Shown here piece after piece: positions 56,673-58,511 of a DNA stretch of 58,511 nucleotides; within the stretch, counting starts at the first letter, position 1, and each line of letters starts with the position of its first letter. The stretch spans positions 1 to 58,511 of the forward strand of contig JASFQK010000042.1 in the NCBI GenBank assembly GCA_050115495.1, written 5' to 3'. The position numbers were made by a program, and so were the translations under genes. The notes under the pieces are model-generated. The model was given only the letters and a program-made list of their open reading frames with translations, did no database searches and was not told the DNA's origin. The DNA comes from Phycisphaerae bacterium (GTDB taxonomy: Bacteria > Planctomycetota > Phycisphaerae > UBA1845 > Fen-1342).

Positions 56673-58148
56673 GTGCCCTTGGTCGCAGCGCTGATGCCGA
56701 TGACCGTCGCCGGCACGTGGCTGGCTTCGCTCGTGGAGCCGCTGCGCGACATGCCGTGGACCGACTGGCACGGCCTGTGGCTGGGCACGATAACAAGCGG
56801 CCGCAACGCGGCGCTCTACTTCCTGCCGCTGCTGTTGATCCTGCTGGCCCTGCCGCGGCGCGCTCTGCGAACCGGCATCCTGCTGACCAGCCTCGTCTTC
56901 GTCGCCTACGTCTTCGGACTGTTGTACCTTGTGCTGTGGCTGCTCACGTGCGTTGTGTTCTACGCACTAGGGCAGCGCTTCGCGGCGGCGGAGGCCGGCG
57001 ACCGACGGTGGCCGGCGGCGGCGGTGATCGGCCTGATCGCCGGCTACTTCGTGCTCGTCCACGGCCTCGGGGCGATTCGCCTGCCGGAAGCGTGGGAAAC
57101 CTGGATGACACGCGACGCCGCCTGGCTCTTACCGCTCGGCGCGCGGCGCTGGGCGTGGGAGCCGGGATGGCTGGCCGGCTTGCCGCTGCTGAAGGGCCTG
57201 CTGGCGCGCACGCACGATATCGGCGTCGCCTACCTCGCCATGCGGCTGGTCAGCTACTTCTCCGAGCTGAAGCGCGGGACGATTCGCCCCGAGCAGCGCA
57301 GCTTGTCGCGCTTCCTCTGCTGGGTGTGCTACGCGCCAACGATGATCCAGGGGCCGATCGAGCGGTACCGCGAGTTTCACGCCCAGCTCGATACGTGTTA
57401 CGACCGCCGATCCTGGGCCGCCGTCGGCGTGGGACTGTGGCGAATCGTGCTCGGCCTCTTCAAGTGCCTCGTGTTCGTATCGGTGCTCGATCCGGCGATG
57501 AGCGAGTGGGGCATTCCGCTGTGGCGCCGGACGGTGCTGTACGAAACGCCGGAGAAGATCCAGAGCTACGCCCTGCTGTTTTTCGCCGTGCACATCCAGG
57601 TGCTGGCCGTGTACCTCACTTTCAGCGGCTACTGCGACATCGCGATCGGCATGTCGCGGCTGCTGGGCATCGAGGTCATCGAGAACTTCAAGCGACCGTG
57701 GATGGCCCGCAGCCTCACCGACATGTGGCGGCGCTGGCACATCAGCCTGTCCTTCATTCTGCGCGACTACATCTTCTTCCCGCTCACGCGCCGGCGGTGG
57801 AACCCGACGGCGAACCTGCTGCTGACGTTCTTCGTGTGCGGGATCTGGCACAACTTCAGCGCGCAGTACGCGGCGTGGGGGCTACTCATGGGCCTGCTCG
57901 TCGCGGTGAACCAGCGCTGGTCGCGATGGATGCGCAACCTGGACCGCCATCCGCAGCGTTTCTGCTCGCGCGTCCGCCGGGCGTGGCTGCGGCTGCAACC
58001 GCTGCCGAAGATCTGCGCGTGGCTGCTGACGATCAACGTCTTCGTCATGACCGGCTGGGTGTGCCTCGGCGGCAACGGGGCGGCGCGCGTGGCGTGGGAG
58101 CTGCTCCGCCGACCGCTGAGCTGGCTGCTCGGTGGCGGTGGCACGTAG
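56673..58148 (+). CDS. MBOAT-family O-acyltransferase, tandem paralog
   Basis: QGPIERY, FSGYCDIAIG, ENFKRP..WRRWHISLS and CGIWHN. Confidence 0.9.
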   Translation: MPLVAALMPMTVAGTWLASLVEPLRDMPWTDWHGLWLGTITSGRNAALYFLPLLLILLALPRRALRTGILLTSLVFVAYVFGLLYLVLWLLTCVVFYALGQRFAAAEAGDRRWPAAAVIGLIAGYFVLVHGLGAIRLPEAWETWMTRDAAWLLPLGARRWAWEPGWLAGLPLLKGLLARTHDIGVAYLAMRLVSYFSELKRGTIRPEQRSLSRFLCWVCYAPTMIQGPIERYREFHAQLDTCYDRRSWAAVGVGLWRIVLGLFKCLVFVSVLDPAMSEWGIPLWRRTVLYETPEKIQSYALLFFAVHIQVLAVYLTFSGYCDIAIGMSRLLGIEVIENFKRPWMARSLTDMWRRWHISLSFILRDYIFFPLTRRRWNPTANLLLTFFVCGIWHNFSAQYAAWGLLMGLLVAVNQRWSRWMRNLDRHPQRFCSRVRRAWLRLQPLPKICAWLLTINVFVMTGWVCLGGNGAARVAWELLRRPLSWLLGGGGT

Positions 58149-58306
58149 GGTCCAGGCGCCGCCGGCGAGGATTGCCCAGGGGTCAAGAGTCTCAAGAATC
58201 TCATGTTCGCGCGCGCCGCAAATGAGACTCTTGGCGGCGTGCGGGCGGCCGTCGCGTGCTGCGGGCAGGGCTGGGTTGGGCGAGCGCGTGTTGGGCATTT
58301 GGGGGA

Positions 58307-58502
58307 AGCCTTCAGCCATCAGCCATCAGCCGTCAGCAACAAGCCGTGAGCCGTAGTGGCCGGTCTCCGTGCCGGCCGTTTGTCGCGTCCGGGCTCCGTA
58401 CCGGACGTCTTGGGAGTGTGGCATGCTGAAGCCTCTGGCGCCGGCATGTCTTTGCCTGGCGTAGGGAAGAACATGCCGGCGCTGCGCTTCGGCATGCCAC
58501 AC
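58307..58502. repeat. Mosaic REP cluster, inverted relative to 3096-3266
   Basis: AGCCNTC 7-mers (58307-58337), GTAGTGGCCGGTCTCCGTGCCGGCC and an 87-bp hairpin at 58416-58502 closely similar to the reverse complement of 3096-3182. Confidence 0.8.
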
Positions 58503-58511
58503 AGGCGGGAG

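Overview
High-GC bacterial chromosome segment, most likely a Planctomycete of the Phycisphaerae type (inferred from DUF1559-like, DUF1570-like and dockerin-like proteins). Most of it is core or housekeeping: pyrH, purM, hutI, a phoB-phoR-pstC-pstA-pstB-phoU-DUF47-pit phosphate cluster with 11-bp-phased Pho boxes, putP, feoAB, recQ, rimO, an AsmA-like protein and two MBOAT genes. It also carries orphan tssA, imuB and Fic genes and many REP-like palindromes. The most striking feature is a four-part module present twice, about 41 kb apart and in opposite orientation (1-1500 and 40628-43166). Each copy has a divergent XRE/Cro-type regulator, a sigma70-like promoter, a conserved ~270-300 nt structured leader, an unknown gene A and a HEPN/Abi-like gene B. 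In each leader, an ~82-84 nt stem/internal-loop RNA has two loop strands complementary to the tip of a downstream 80-nt G·U-rich hairpin that ends in a U-tract. Guide and target change together between the two copies. This resembles a phage P1 C4 / P4 CI-type antisense attenuation switch, but no integrase or phage genes are nearby. All alignments and pairings were done by eye; no databases were searched.
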